The notes below the pieces were generated by a model, which was given only the letters and a program-made list of their open reading frames with translations, was not told the DNA's origin and did not search any database. Shown here piece after piece: positions 29,556-41,859 of a stretch of DNA of 64,000 nucleotides. This DNA comes from Octopus vulgaris (lineage: Eukaryota). Within the stretch, counting starts at the first letter, position 1; every line of letters starts with the position of its first letter. A program made the position numbers and the translations under genes. The stretch covers positions 82,336,001 through 82,400,000 of the forward strand of contig OX597821.1 in assembly GCA_951406725.2 (NCBI GenBank), in the 5' to 3' direction.

Positions 29556-30803
29556 TTAGAAAGCTGACACATCTATTTCTTTCGTCTAACTACTTTTGTG
29601 CTTTATAAAGTATTTATAAACCATTTTTTGCTATTTTTGTCTTAGAGATGGATGAGTCGGAAATTTGTACAGTTTTGAAATATGAGTTCTTTCTTGGAAA
29701 AACAGCATCACAGACAGCTCGGAATATTAATGGAGTATTTCATTCTAATGTTATTACACAGCAGACAGTATCAAATTAGTTTGCAAAATTTCGTTCTGGT
29801 AACTTTGACTTCACAAATGAGTGATGCGGTGAACCAGAAACAAAGGCAGATAATGATGAGCTGAAACCATCGAGTCAGATCCATCTCAAAGTGCCCCCCG
29901 TGAATTATTGTTGTTGTTTGGTGTTAGCAAGCAAACAATGTTGACTCACCTACTTCAAATCGGTGAAGATGCCGACGACTGCTCGGTTCAAAGTCTCCCT
30001 TGACCACAAGTGGCCTGAACTCTTTACATGAACACCACCCTGTACATAACTCCATGTCCCCCTACATGGCCTTGCTTTTTGAGCCAAAAATTAACTAATT
30101 AATTAACTAATAAAAAAAATCGGTAAAGTGAAAAAGTTGGATAAGTGGAAGTCTGCATTATGATTACTTTCTCGTCACAAAAATGAATAATTTTTGTATT
30201 GAATTTTAACATGTGATGAGAAATGGATCCAATACAACAACCATAAATGTTCAGCACAATGGTTGGACAAAGACGAGCCACCAAAACACAGTCCAAAAAG
30301 CAAAATTCATCAAAAGAAGCTGATGGTGTGTGTTTGGTGGTCTGGCCAAGGTGAGATCCATTATGATTTCATTAAACCTGGGTCATCAATCATGGCCAAA
30401 GTATACTGCATCCAACTGGATCAAATGATGCAGAAACTTACAAAAAAACATTCTAGATTAGTCAACAGATCCACTCCTATGCCAGACCACATGTTGCAAA
30501 AATGACATTGGCAAAACTACAGGAGTTGAAGTTGTAAATTCTCAATCATTCACCATACTCATCTGATCTTCTTCCAGAATTTGGATAACTTTTTGATAGG
30601 AAAAAATTTAATTCCGACAATGCTGTAAAACATTGACTCTAGATTGCCAGGCTTTTACAGTTCTGGGCTGGACAAGCTACCGCTGAAATGGCAAAAGTGT
30701 ATTGACAATATGGGTGCACACTTTGATGAATAAAACTATTCCTTGTATTTATAAAACATTAGCAAACTTTTTTGTTTTCTACAAATTTCATACTTGTCCT
30801 AAT
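29556..30803 (+). mobile_element. Degraded mariner transposon with a retro-insertion at 29969-30116
   Basis: MDESEICTVLKYEF.LG..ASQTARNINGVF...FRSGNFD...; TCDEKWI.YNN...QWLDKDEPPK...KKLMVCVWWS...ARPHVA...HSPYSSDL; multiple stops. Confidence 0.9.
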
Positions 30804-30849
30804 ATTTACCAAAATCACATAAAAATATCTAGAAATACTAAAGAGTAAA

Positions 30850-31213
30850 TGTATTCAATGAAATTGCCATTCACTTCAACCACTACCTCCAGATGACTTC
30901 AGAATCCCCTGCAACTCTTCTAGACGGTCTCCTTGTTTAAGTTGGCGAATGCTACCATAATCCTTGCCTTCAGTTCATCTTTGGTATTACAAGGAGTTTT
31001 GTTGGTCTCTTGCTCAATTGTGCCCCACACATAATAATCAAAGGGGTTGCAGTCTGGGGAGTTAGGTCGCCAGATGTTAGGGGTGATGTGGTCACAGAAA
31101 TTGTCTGACAGCCATGACTGGGTTCTCCTGCTTGTGTAGCATGGTGCAGAGTCCTGTTACCAGACATAGGGTCTTTCAGCAGCCACCCTCTTGATGCAGG
31201 GCAGCACTACCTC
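30850..31213 (-). mobile_element. DD37D (maT-type) Tc1/mariner transposase 3' fragment
   Basis: Minus-strand translation YVW*QDSAPCYTS...WRPNSPDCNPFDYYVWG; 37 residues counted between the second and third catalytic Asp. Confidence 0.85.
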
Positions 31214-31424
31214 TTCCCTGGAACCATGTGGTTGGTAAGCAAGCTACTTACCACACAGCCACTCCTGTGCCTATATGTTAAATAAATTGACACAAATACT
31301 GAATGAATTCCTCTTTAAAGAAGCTTAACATTGTTGTGTTAAATCATTTACTTTCAGTTACCCCTGCTCTAATACATGTTTGGCATAATGCTTATTACTG
31401 TATTTTGTTCTGAATCATAAATGC

Positions 31425-31795
31425 ACCATCATCATCTAACATTCATTTTCTATGCTGGCATGGATTAGACAGTTTCAAAGGAGCTGGCCGGTTGAAGAGC
31501 TGCACTTGGCTCCAGTTCTCTGTTTTGGCAATGATTTTCTGGCTGGATGCCCTTCTTAATGCCAACCACTTTATAGAGTGTACTGGGTACTTTTTATGTA
31601 GCACCAGCACAGGTGCTTTATACATGGTATCAGCGCAGGTGCTCCTTACATAGCACCAGTACAGGTGCTTTTTTGGGGGGGAACCAGCACAGGTGTTTTT
31701 ACAAGGTACCAGCACGGGTGCTTGTTACATAGCACCAGCATGAGTGTTTTTTTATTTGGCACCAAAACAGACACTTTTTACATGGCACCTGCACC
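31425..31795 (-). mobile_element. RTE-type 3' tail with an array of ~26-bp units
   Basis: RTE tail (GGCTGGATGCCCTTCTTAATGCCAACCAC) followed by about 7 copies of TTTTTA..TAGCACCAGCACAGGTGC. Confidence 0.75.
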
Positions 31796-32109
31796 CACGT
31801 GTGTGTGTGTGTGTGTGTCTGTGTGTCTGTGTGTAAGAGAGAGAAATAGAGAGAGAGACACGTCAGTACATGGTCTCAAAATGAGGTGGATGGTTGGATG
31901 TGTGAAGTAACAGCTTGTGAAGGAATTCCTCAGCTTCAATAAATCTCTGTACACATGCACACACATACACAGGAATGTCACCTGTCATATGACAGGGTAA
32001 CTTTGTCACTTAGGGTAATTTGATAAAAGCTAAATTATAATCATTGTATGTATGTATGTCATATTTCCTGACATTATCCATAGTTAAAAAAAGTGTATTG
32101 ACATTATTT

Positions 32110-33287
32110 TGGGGCGTTGGGCGTAAGAGATGAACTCTATAACTGGTTGAAGTCCTTTATTTTTGGCCGAAAAGAGGTTGTCACAGTTCTAGGACAGCAC
32201 TCTTCGCCCTATGAGATGACATCTGGTGTACCACAGGGATCTGTTCTTGGCCCCCTTTTATTTGTTTCATATGTTAATGACATAGATGCCAACTTAAAGA
32301 ATGCCACAGTGCTGAAATATGCAGATGACATCAAGCTGTACCTCGAAATAAAGAGGTCAAATCCTGTACACTATGGATCTCTATTGCAAGCAGACCTGGA
32401 CACAATGCAGCAGTGGATCATGGACTGGCAACTCAAGCTGGCTGTGGACAAATGTACCACCATGCATTTTGGGAGGAAAAACCCAGAGTCCACCTACTCC
32501 CTCCACAACACTAGTCTCAAAATGTCTTCGTGTGAACGTGACCTGGGTGTTATTGTCGACAGTGATTTGTGTTGGACAAAACACATCGCTAAAATTGTCA
32601 AGAAGGATGAGGATGTCTTGGCATCACTCGCCAAATCCTTTGTGAGCCGCTCTCTGACTATCTATCTGCGGCTTTATATAGCTATGGTAAGACCTCACCT
32701 GGAATTTGCATCACCGGTCTGGAACCCCTATCATGCCCAGGATATCAATCCTCTGGAAGCCGCTCAGCGACGTGCAACCAAAAGAATACCCTCCATCAGG
32801 CATTTGCCATATTCTGAACGCCTTACTTCCCTGGGCATGGACACATTGAAACTCCGATGTCTGGCAGCTGACTTGGCAGACACCCATAAAATTATCAACC
32901 ATCGTACAAACAATAACTCTGAGCACCTTTTCAGACTCCACCCATCTAACACCCGTGGACATATTTACAAAGTCAGAAAACAGCACAGCGCCCATGACTT
33001 TAGGAAACATTTTTTCACGCTAAGAGTTGCTGAAGTATGAACAAACTGCCAGCATCAGTTGTTAGTTGTTGGAGCACTGCTTCCTTCAAAACTTCCATGC
33101 TTCCTGAGATTTGCCAACACTACACCTGATTTTCTCCCCTCCATACACACACAAGCATGTACCTGACTCATGCATTGTTCGCTTTCCAGACATTTGTACA
33201 CTACTGCATGTGCTTTATATGCACTGTCTGACAAGTTGTGGTGCACCTGAGCACTGTATACAATAATTTCATTATTATTATTATTGT
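32110..33287 (+). mobile_element. 5'-truncated CR1-clade LINE: reverse transcriptase C-terminal half, 3'UTR and (ATT)n tail
   Basis: ORF 32117-33040: SGVPQGSVLGPLLF..YVND, YADDIKLY, ERDLGVIVD, VRPHLEFASPVWNP, QRRATKRIP, TRGH..K, FFTLRV. Confidence 0.95.
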
Positions 33288-33954
33288 AGCAATTGTAGTA
33301 ACATTTTAATTTGGGAGAGTTTGCTATAAATTCTTAAGTTAGCAAATTCTCTAGTGATTAATGTGAAAGAAAACAAACTTACTCTGCAAATGAACAGTAT
33401 ATTTTCAAAGTCTCTAAGGAAAATATTCATTATAATAAAAATTAGCTATGTATAGCTTTTTTCCTGCTTAAGCCAACTATTGTCACTTACTCATCTTCCT
33501 CCTCCTGTCTGTATGAGTCTTTCTCACTCTGTGTGTGTATGTATATCGTTCCTTTACTCATTGCCTACCACCAAGCTGAGTATATGTACTCAGCTTGCAC
33601 CTCTCATATTAACTTGCTGTAGCTCCTGTTTTTAAATAATGATGTAAAGTGATAGAAATCAATTAATGAATCAACCAACATTTAATTATATTAGTTATTA
33701 TCAAATATATATCTTTTCTATCTTTTTCTTGTTTCAGTTATTAAACTACAGCCATACTGAGGTACCACCTTGAAGAAGATTAATCAAGCAAATCAGCGCC
33801 AGTACTTGGTCTTTTAAACCTTATATCTATTCTATTGGTCACATTTGAACGGAACACTCTGTTACAAGGATGTAAACACACCTACACCAGTTATTAAATG
33901 GTGGGGGGGAAACAAACATGCATGCACACACACACACATAGTAAGTGTTTTCTA

Positions 33955-34192
33955 GTTTCTTATTTCTTTACTGCCCACAAGGGGCTACACACAGTGGGGA
34001 CAAACAAGGACAGACAAACGGATTAAGTCGATTATATCGACCCCAGTGCGTAACTGGTACTTATTTAATCGACACTGAAAGGATGAAAGGCAAAGTCGAC
34101 CTCGGCAGAATTTGAACTCAGAATGTAGTGGCAGACGAAATACCGTTAAGCATTTCGCCCTGTGTGCTAACGTTTCCGCCAGCTCACCGCCT
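33955..34192 (-). mobile_element. SINE family B, full length, nested in an older family A copy (33715-34337)
   Basis: Complete consensus; flanked by the direct repeat TAGTTTCT (putative TSD). Confidence 0.9.
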
Positions 34193-34397
34193 TAGTTTCT
34201 GTCTAGCAAATGCACTCACAAAGCTTTGGGGCCTGAGGTCATGGAAGAAGACACCTGTCCAAGATGCCACACAGTGGGACTGAATGCAGAACCATGTGGC
34301 TGGAAAGCAAACTTCTAACCATACAGTCACACCTGCATATACATACATACATTCATACATACATACACACACACAATCACACAACATATACATACAT

Positions 34398-34698
34398 GCT
34401 GGGAGTTGTGGCGTCTCCTGTAATCTAGCTACTCAGAGGCTTGGTTGGTTGGCCGGTTTGAGGATGGGAGTCCTGGTAGTCGGTCTTCTATGGCGATCAG
34501 GTGTCCGTGCTAAGCTCGGCATCAATATGGTGCTGGAGAGGGAGCTTATCAGGACCAGGTTGTCTAAGGAGGGTCGCTTCAGCCCAGGGCGGAAACGCAG
34601 CAGGCAAAAGGCCCCGTGTCGAGCAGTAGTGGGATCGCGCCTGTGAATAGTTGTCAGTTAGCAGCCTGTTCGATACAACTGAACACCAATCTAATTTT
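34398..34698 (+). ncRNA. 7SL: Full-length metazoan SRP (7SL) RNA sequence, probably a retroposed copy
   Basis: Colinear with vertebrate 7SL: GCTGGGAGTTGTGGCG..CCTGTAATC.AGCTACTC (Alu domain); CTATGGCGATCAGGTGTCCGTGCTAAGCTCGGCATCAATATGGTG; helix 6 with GGAG loop; ACCAGGTTGTCTAAGGAGGG; helix 8 CCCAGGGCGGAAACGCAGCAGG; CAGTAGTGGGATCGCGCCTGTGAATAG; ends in TTTT. Confidence 0.95.
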
Positions 34699-34769
34699 AA
34701 AGACAGCGGTGGTGCCCCAGCATGGCTGCGGCCTTCGGGCTAAAACATTTTTAAGGATTTTAAGGATTT
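34699..34769 (+). mobile_element. Retroposon 3' tail fused to 7SL
   Basis: GGTGGTGCCCCAGCATGGCTGCGGCC-TTCG-GGCTAAAACA plus (TTTAAGGAT)x2; homologous to the SINE A tail GGCGGTGCTCCAGCATGGCCGCAGTC-AAAT-GACTGAAACA. Confidence 0.8.
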
Positions 34770-35390
34770 ATACACACACACACACATCCATACATACATA
34801 CATATATACGTAGACACACACAACCACCACACATGCACACATACATGCATGCATGAACACATGCACACACACACATACATACACACATACATACATTAAC
34901 ATACACACATACATGCATACATACACATCCATATATACATACACACATGCATGCATGCACACACACATGCATGCATGCAAACACACATGCATGCATGCAC
35001 ACACACATGCATGCATGCACACACACATGCACACATATGCATGCTCACACTCATACATACATACACGCATGATATAAACTGGATTTGTATTCAGCCTTTT
35101 ACTCAGTCAATGTTTATTATTTTATCTCTATCCCCTCTATAATCCCTTTAATCCCTCAACTGACACAAAGCCGCTGCACCTCAATACTAGTTCCTCTTCC
35201 CAGCTGAAGGGTTTTTCCCATTTTGTCTTGCAAGATGCTTGGTGTCCTTGTCAGTGATGGTGCTACTTTAAATGCACCGGTGCTAGTGCCATGTCAAAAG
35301 CACTGGTGCTGGTACATTATAAAAAACAAAACACCCAGTACACTCTATAAAGCAGGTGGCATTAGAAAGGGCATCTAGCTGTAGAAACCA

Positions 35391-35618
35391 GGTGAGATGG
35401 CAGAGATGTTAGCATGCCGGGCAAAATGCTTAGCGGTATTTCATCTGCCGTTACATTCTGAGTTCAAATTCCGCTGAGATCAACTTTGCCTTTCATCCTT
35501 TCGAGGTCGATAAATTAAGTACCAGTTACACACTGGGGTCGATATAATCGACTTAATCCGTTTGTCTGTCCTTGTTTATCCCCTCTATATTCAGCACAGT
35601 GTGGGCAATAAAGAAAGA
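35391..35618 (+). mobile_element. SINE family B inserted into an RTE tail (35265-35730)
   Basis: RTE tail breaks at GTAGAAACCA and resumes at GAAACCATGTC; GAAACCA is duplicated. Confidence 0.8.
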
Positions 35619-36907
35619 TGAAACCATGTCAAAACACAGAATGGATACTGGTACAGCTTCCAGCCCCCGTCAAACTGTCCAACACATGCCAGCATAGAAA
35701 ATAAATGTTAAATGATGATGATGATGATATATTAAAGGCTTCACACAGTTTCCATTTAGTAATTTCTACTTGTATAGTATTGGGCAATCCAAGACTACAG
35801 TTGAAGACATTTGTCGAACGTGTTTTTCTGTAGGATTATATTTGGAATCATGTGTTAATGAAGCAAAATTCTTATGCACGTGGCTATGCCTACATCTGTT
35901 GATGATCGTTTAGAGACTCTAGCAATAATTAAATGTGGTTAATTAGTTCACTTGGCACCTGGACGACCCGTTAACTCCATAGTCTCACTGGCACACTCTT
36001 GCAAAATGGCAGCATGTTCCACAAGATGTGGAATTATGAGGTGAAATTGCTGTTTCATAACCAACAACAATAAAAAGCAAATTTATAAGCAGAAGAGGAA
36101 GAGGAAGAGGAGGGAAAAAGAAAGAATAGGGAAAGAGGAAGGGGAGGAGGGGGAGGGTGGGAAGGAGAAGGACACGAAGAAAGTCATGGTGATGATTATA
36201 ATGACAATGGCAATGACAACCTTGATGAAATCCTGCCAATGCTAATATTGATGATAATGGTGATGCCACTGATGTTGATAATTGTAATGGTCACAATGAT
36301 GACAATTTCAATCATGATAAATCAAGAAGAGTGACTAATTGTTTCTCAATTCAAATCCAATCTGTTTTAATTGGTTTTCATGTTTTACAGCTATATTGTG
36401 ATGTGGTGGTGGTGGTTGTGGTGATGGTGGTGGTGGTGGTGGTGGTGGTGGTGGTGGTGGTGGTGGTGGAGGTGGTGGTGGTGGTGGTGGTGGCGGTGAT
36501 GGTGGTGGTGGTGGTGGTGGTGATGGTGGTGGCGGTGGTATTGGTGGCGGTGGTGGTGGTGGTGGTGGTTTGATGGTTGTAGAGGTGTGGCCATGTCTAA
36601 ATATATACTGTCAGGACTGACGGCATATTTATAAAATTTCAACCAAGAAAACACATCTTCTTATTTTTATTAATATTACAAACAAAAAAAACAAAAAAAA
36701 CACATACATGCTCATACAAGCATACATACATTCCTGCCCCACACACACACACACATGCGCACACAAACACACACACGCAACACATATACATACACATATG
36801 TATTTCATCATATTATTTTATATGAGAAAGTAATGTATATTAACAAATATATATGTGTGCGTATAAAAACAGTAATAAAACATTTAAAGCAAATATCATT
36901 ATTATTA

Positions 36908-37297
36908 TTCTACTCTTTTACTTGTTTCAGTCATTTTGACTGTGGCCATGCTGGAGCCCCACCTTTATAGCTGAACAAATCGATCCCTGAGCTTATTCTT
37001 TGTAAGCCTAGTACTTATTCTATCTGTGTCTTTTGCTGAACCGCTAAGTGACGGGGACGTAAACACACCAGCATCGGTTGTCAAGCGATGGTTGGGGACA
37101 AACAAACACACAAACATATATTTATACATATATCCGACAGGCTTCTTCCAGTTTCTGTCTACCAAATCCACTCACAAGGCTTTGGTTGGCTCGAGGCTAT
37201 AGTAGAAGACACTTGCCCAAGGTGCCATGCAGTGGGACTGAACCCAGGACCATGTGGTTGGTAAGCATGCTTCTTACCACACAGCCACTCCTGCGCC
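36908..37297 (-). mobile_element. SINE family A, near complete
   Basis: Reverse complement of the consensus. Confidence 0.9.
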
Positions 37298-37354
37298 TAA
37301 TAATTCTAATTATTATCATTATCATTAACAAGAACAACAGCCATAATAACAATA

Positions 37355-37700
37355 CTTTCTAATTTTGGCACAATACCGGCAATTTTGAGGGACAGGAAAT
37401 TTAATTACATTAGCCCCTAGTACTTAACTGGTATTTATTTAATCAACCCTGAAAGGATGAAAAGCAAAGCTGACCTCAGCAGAATTTCAGCTTCGAACAG
37501 AAAGACATATGAAATGGCTCTAAGCATTATTTCTGGCATGCTAAAGTTTTTCCCAGCATGTCATCTTAATAATCCTTTCTACTATAGGCACAAGGCCTGA
37601 AATTATGGGGAAAGGGGCTTCTTGATTACATCAACCCCAGTGCTTAACTGGTACTTACTTTATTGACCCCAAAAGGATGAAAAACAAAGTCGACCTCAGT
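37355..37700 (-). mobile_element. Tandem SINE family B copies (further copies at 38235-38560)
   Basis: Repeated AACTGGTA.TT..TT.AT..ACCC..AAAGGATGAAA. Confidence 0.75.
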
Positions 37701-37726
37701 TCTATGCTTTAGAGATAGGAATTCTG

Positions 37727-38232
37727 TACATTATTTACATTATTTACATTCGACGGATATTTGTCCTCATCTTGTTTACCTTCTTCAGGTGCATTGTGGA
37801 AATTTCGAATCTGGGTTCTCATTCCTAAGGTATTTTTCGATGTTCTTCTTCTTCTTCTTATTATTATTATTAGTGTTCAGGTCACTGCTTGGTATCAAAC
37901 TCGGAATCTTGGGGTTAGTAGCCTGCACTCTTAACCACTACACCATATGCCCGTGAGCAATTATGGAGTGAATTTTAGGAGCTTATAAATCTCCTATCCT
38001 TCCTTAATACCGTTTCCCATATGCTGCTCATATCTGCACTTGGTCTGCTTAGGAGGTTGTTGTGTCCTAGCACATGTGCTGCTTCTTTTAGCTTTCGTAT
38101 TTCCCAGTGATGTTCTCTGTCTATTATTTTAACTTCATCCTACAGCGGGAGGTGGTCTCCATTTTTCCATACATGATCACCTGTACCCGATTTATCAATA
38201 TCTCCTCGTGTCACAGCTTTGCGATGTTCAAC
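37727..38232 (-). mobile_element. Penelope-like element 3' end (family P2): GIY-YIG C-terminus, tRNA-like cassette, pseudo-LTR
   Basis: Minus-strand translation EHRKAVTRGDIDKSGTGDHVWKNGDHLPL*DEVKIIDREHHWEIRKLKEAAH; downstream part matches 10559-10848. Confidence 0.8.
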
Positions 38233-38563
38233 CACAGTGAGATTTGAACCCAGAACATAGTGATGGATGAAATGCCACTAAGTGTGCTAACGATACTGCC
38301 AGGTGGTTGCCTTAGCTTGCCACCTGAATGATAATAATAATCCTTTCTACTGAAGGCACAAGGCCAGAAATTTGGAGGGAAGGGACCAGTTGATTACATT
38401 GACCCCAGTGTTTTGCTTGTATTTACTTTATCAACCCAAAAAGGATGAAATGTAAATTAAGCCTCAACGGAATTTTAACTCACAGCCCAAAGGACAGACA
38501 AAATACCACTAAGCATTTCACCCTGTATGCTAATGTTTCTGCTAACTTGCCACCTTAATAATA

Positions 38564-38598
<35 letters not shown>

Positions 38599-38601
38599 TA
38601 T

Positions 38602-38960
38602 AATTGCCCTGATGCTGTACCAGACAGTGGCTCTCATGGCTACAAATCTTAACTGATTGGAAGTATTATCATGTACATGTTTTGTCTTGGTATAAAGGAT
38701 GGGCTACATCCATAACAATCCTTATTCCGGGGACCTTTTGAGCGGGATGGGCTACTTGATCAGAAGAAAATTCTAACTGGGCCCCACCTGCTAGGCCATG
38801 TGCTGTTTATCTTGATATGAGATCACCATGTCGTGCACATATGGTTGTGATGCATGTGCCTGGTGTACCCTTACGAGGCAAGTAGTCATGATGAGTATAT
38901 TGGGTTTCACATTTTCACACTGTAGAGTCACTTTGATGGCATGCGCTACCTCCCACTCAT
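38602..38960 (+). mobile_element. Non-coding repeat inserted in (TAA)n (internally deleted copy of the 59865-60333 family)
   Basis: GAAGAAAATTCTAACTGGGCCCCACCTGC...GAGATCACCATG...CACTTTGAT.GCATGC shared with 60140-60333. Confidence 0.75.
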
Positions 38961-39014
38961 TAGTAGTAATAGTAGTGGTGGTGGTGGTGGTGGTGGTGGT
39001 AGTTCTTTCCTTCT

Positions 39015-39400
39015 CTGTAGTACCTGGGCGAATATTTTCTACTATTGCCCTGGGTTGACCGAAGTCTTGTGAGTGAATTTGGTAGATGGAAACTGAAGAA
39101 AACCTATCATGTGTGTGTGTGTATGTGTGAGAGAGAGAGAGAGAGAGAGAATGTGTATTACCATCTCCTTGCCTTGACATCATGTGATAGCTGTAAATGA
39201 GTGTCACCATCATGCACAGGTGTGTCCTTTGTTTCTAATCTGCCATGGAAACATGTCTGGTCATGGGGAAATATTATCTTAACTGGAAGCATGTGGGGAT
39301 TGGCTACAGGAAGGACATCCAATTATAGAAAATCCATCTCAACAATTCCATCTAACTCATGCAGGTATTGAAAAGTGTATATTAAAACAATGATGATATG
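39015..39400 (+). mobile_element. SINE family A head joined through a microsatellite to an RTE-type tail
   Basis: TGGGTTGACCGAAGTCTTGTGAGTGAATTTGGTAGATGGAAACTGAAG, then (TG)(AG), then ...CAGGAAGGACATCCA...AATGATGAT. Confidence 0.65.
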
Positions 39401-39880
39401 ATGGGAGGTAGACCGAAAAACAACTACTGGACAGGACAATTTCATCTTCATAACAAGACTAGGTAGAATGAAAAAAACATAATCAGATCAGCTTAATGTC
39501 AATGACATCTATACTAGGAAGACAATGAATGTAAACCACCACACCTACTTTTGGCATGTCTTTATCCTAAATCAGCTCATTTTTTGCTATCTCCAAAACA
39601 ATGTCTCAAAAAAATCATCTCTGGGTCCTATATGTGAAGTTGAACCTCTATTACACGCGTTAATGAATTCAAAACTTTTTTTACCTGAATATACGTAGTT
39701 GAAATTGGAATGTGTTTAATACGCCTGTATGTCTTTTGCTCCATCAAATATGGTATTTCTTTTATATATTTTCTATATTTTCTTTAAGTTTCAAGCTCCC
39801 AACACAGTTTCTTAAAAATCTCCATTTTTGGAGGAGAATTCTTATTTTTTAACAAAGTTTAATATTATTAGATATATATT

Positions 39881-39950
<70 letters not shown>

Positions 39951-39959
39951 CACATGTAT

Positions 39960-39995
<36 letters not shown>

Positions 39996-39997
39996 GT

Positions 39998-40030
<33 letters not shown>

Positions 40031-41361
40031 TTATATAATTTTGTCTTGTCATATTTGAAGACTGCTTTGCCTGTGTATTTCAGGACTAGAATTACTGAAC
40101 ACACTAATAAGTTTTCCACTTCAAACGGGGCTTTGTTTGATATTTTGATTAAATCAAAATTTGTCCAAATTAAATTATGAGATTTTTCTAGCAGAAAAAT
40201 ATTGCGATATGAGAGAAGATGAGATACAAGACGTAAGCTACTTTCTACATTTGTCCAGATGTGTGCTGGTGACGGTGGTATTGAAATGGTAGAGGTGTTA
40301 CTTGTGTGAGGGAAGGAGGAAGGAGGAAAGAGCTAGAAATAATATTCTCTTTTCTTGAAAATGTTTTAGTTCTTTGTGCAATGCTGATGGCGTGGTATTG
40401 TAAGAGGATAAAAAGTGTGGGTGCATATATGTGCATGTGCCTAGAATGTATGTGTGCATGTGTGAGTGTGCATGTATATGTTGTATTTATGCATGCGTTG
40501 ATGGTTGTATTTACATGTGTGTACATATGTGGTCAGAATTTTAACTTGCTGTGGGTACCATGTAAATCAGGAGCACTATCCGAAGTGTATTTGGGGTTGC
40601 ATTCTATATTGGCACATTTTGGATGGCTCAACAAGATCTGACACCCCTAAGGGCTGTATTGGTCTTCGTTGTCTGCTTTGGATGTAAACTCAATTTTTGC
40701 CTTCTCATAAATAAAAAGGTGAAGAGTGATAGATTGGCAGAATTGATATTGGGTTGGAAAAATTGCTTTACTGCATTTGTTCTTGCTCTTTACATTCTGA
40801 GTTCAAATCCTACTGAAGTCAACTCATCCCTTTAGGGACAGTAAAGTAAAGTACTAATGAAATACTGCAATAGATTTAATTGACTAACACTCAGCCCCCA
40901 AAGTTTCAGGCTCTCACTTGTTTCAGTCATTGGATTGTGGCCATGCAGGGACACTGTCTTGAAGTGATTAGTGAAACAAACTGTCCCCAATACTTTTGTT
41001 TTAAGTTTGGTACTTATTACCTACAATCCTATGACTCATGGGGCCACTTACTTGGTTTCCATGGTGTATTGGTGACTAAGATCACATTGCCCCTGATCAA
41101 TACACTAGTCCATCACAGGGTTACGCATTTCAGCTGAGTGAATTGGTGCCACATGAAATGAAGTATTTTTCTCAAGAATGCAATTCACTGCTCAGCATGG
41201 GAATCAAAACCACGACCTTGGTATTGTGAGTGCAACACCCTAACCACAACGCCACTCACCTACATGCTTAGGTGACAAGGAGGGAAAATCCGCAAGATTT
41301 ATTTAATAGTCTATAAGTTTATCTAAAGTATATTAGTTTGGTGTTTCTCATGAGTGACAAT

Positions 41362-41770
41362 GTATGGCTTAGTGGTTGAGGTGGTCGGCTCACAACTGTA
41401 AGTTCATGAGTTCAATTCCCTTGGACAAGTGTCTTCTACTATAGCCTCAGGCCAACCAAAGCCTTATGAGTGGATTTGATAGACAGAAACTGAAAGAAGC
41501 CCATTGTATGTGTGTGGGGGTGGGGTGGGGTGTATTTGTGTGTCTGTGTTTGTCTCCCAACCATCACTTGACAACCGATGTTGGTGTGTTTATGACCCCG
41601 TAACTTAGCAGTTCAGCAAAAGAGGCCTATAGAATAATTACTAGGCTTACATAGAATAAGTCCTAGGGTCAATTTGTTCTACTAAAGGTGGTGCTCCAGC
41701 ATGGCCACAGTCAGATGACTGAAACAAGTAAAAGAATAAAAGAAAAGAATAAAAAAATTATATATATATA

Positions 41771-41859
<89 letters not shown>

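Noticed and set aside
31590-31790. Regularly spaced short repeats resembling a CRISPR array (also 9440-9625, 52010-52230)
   Set aside because: Contiguous tandem units without unique spacers, inside RTE 3' regions of a eukaryote; no cas genes
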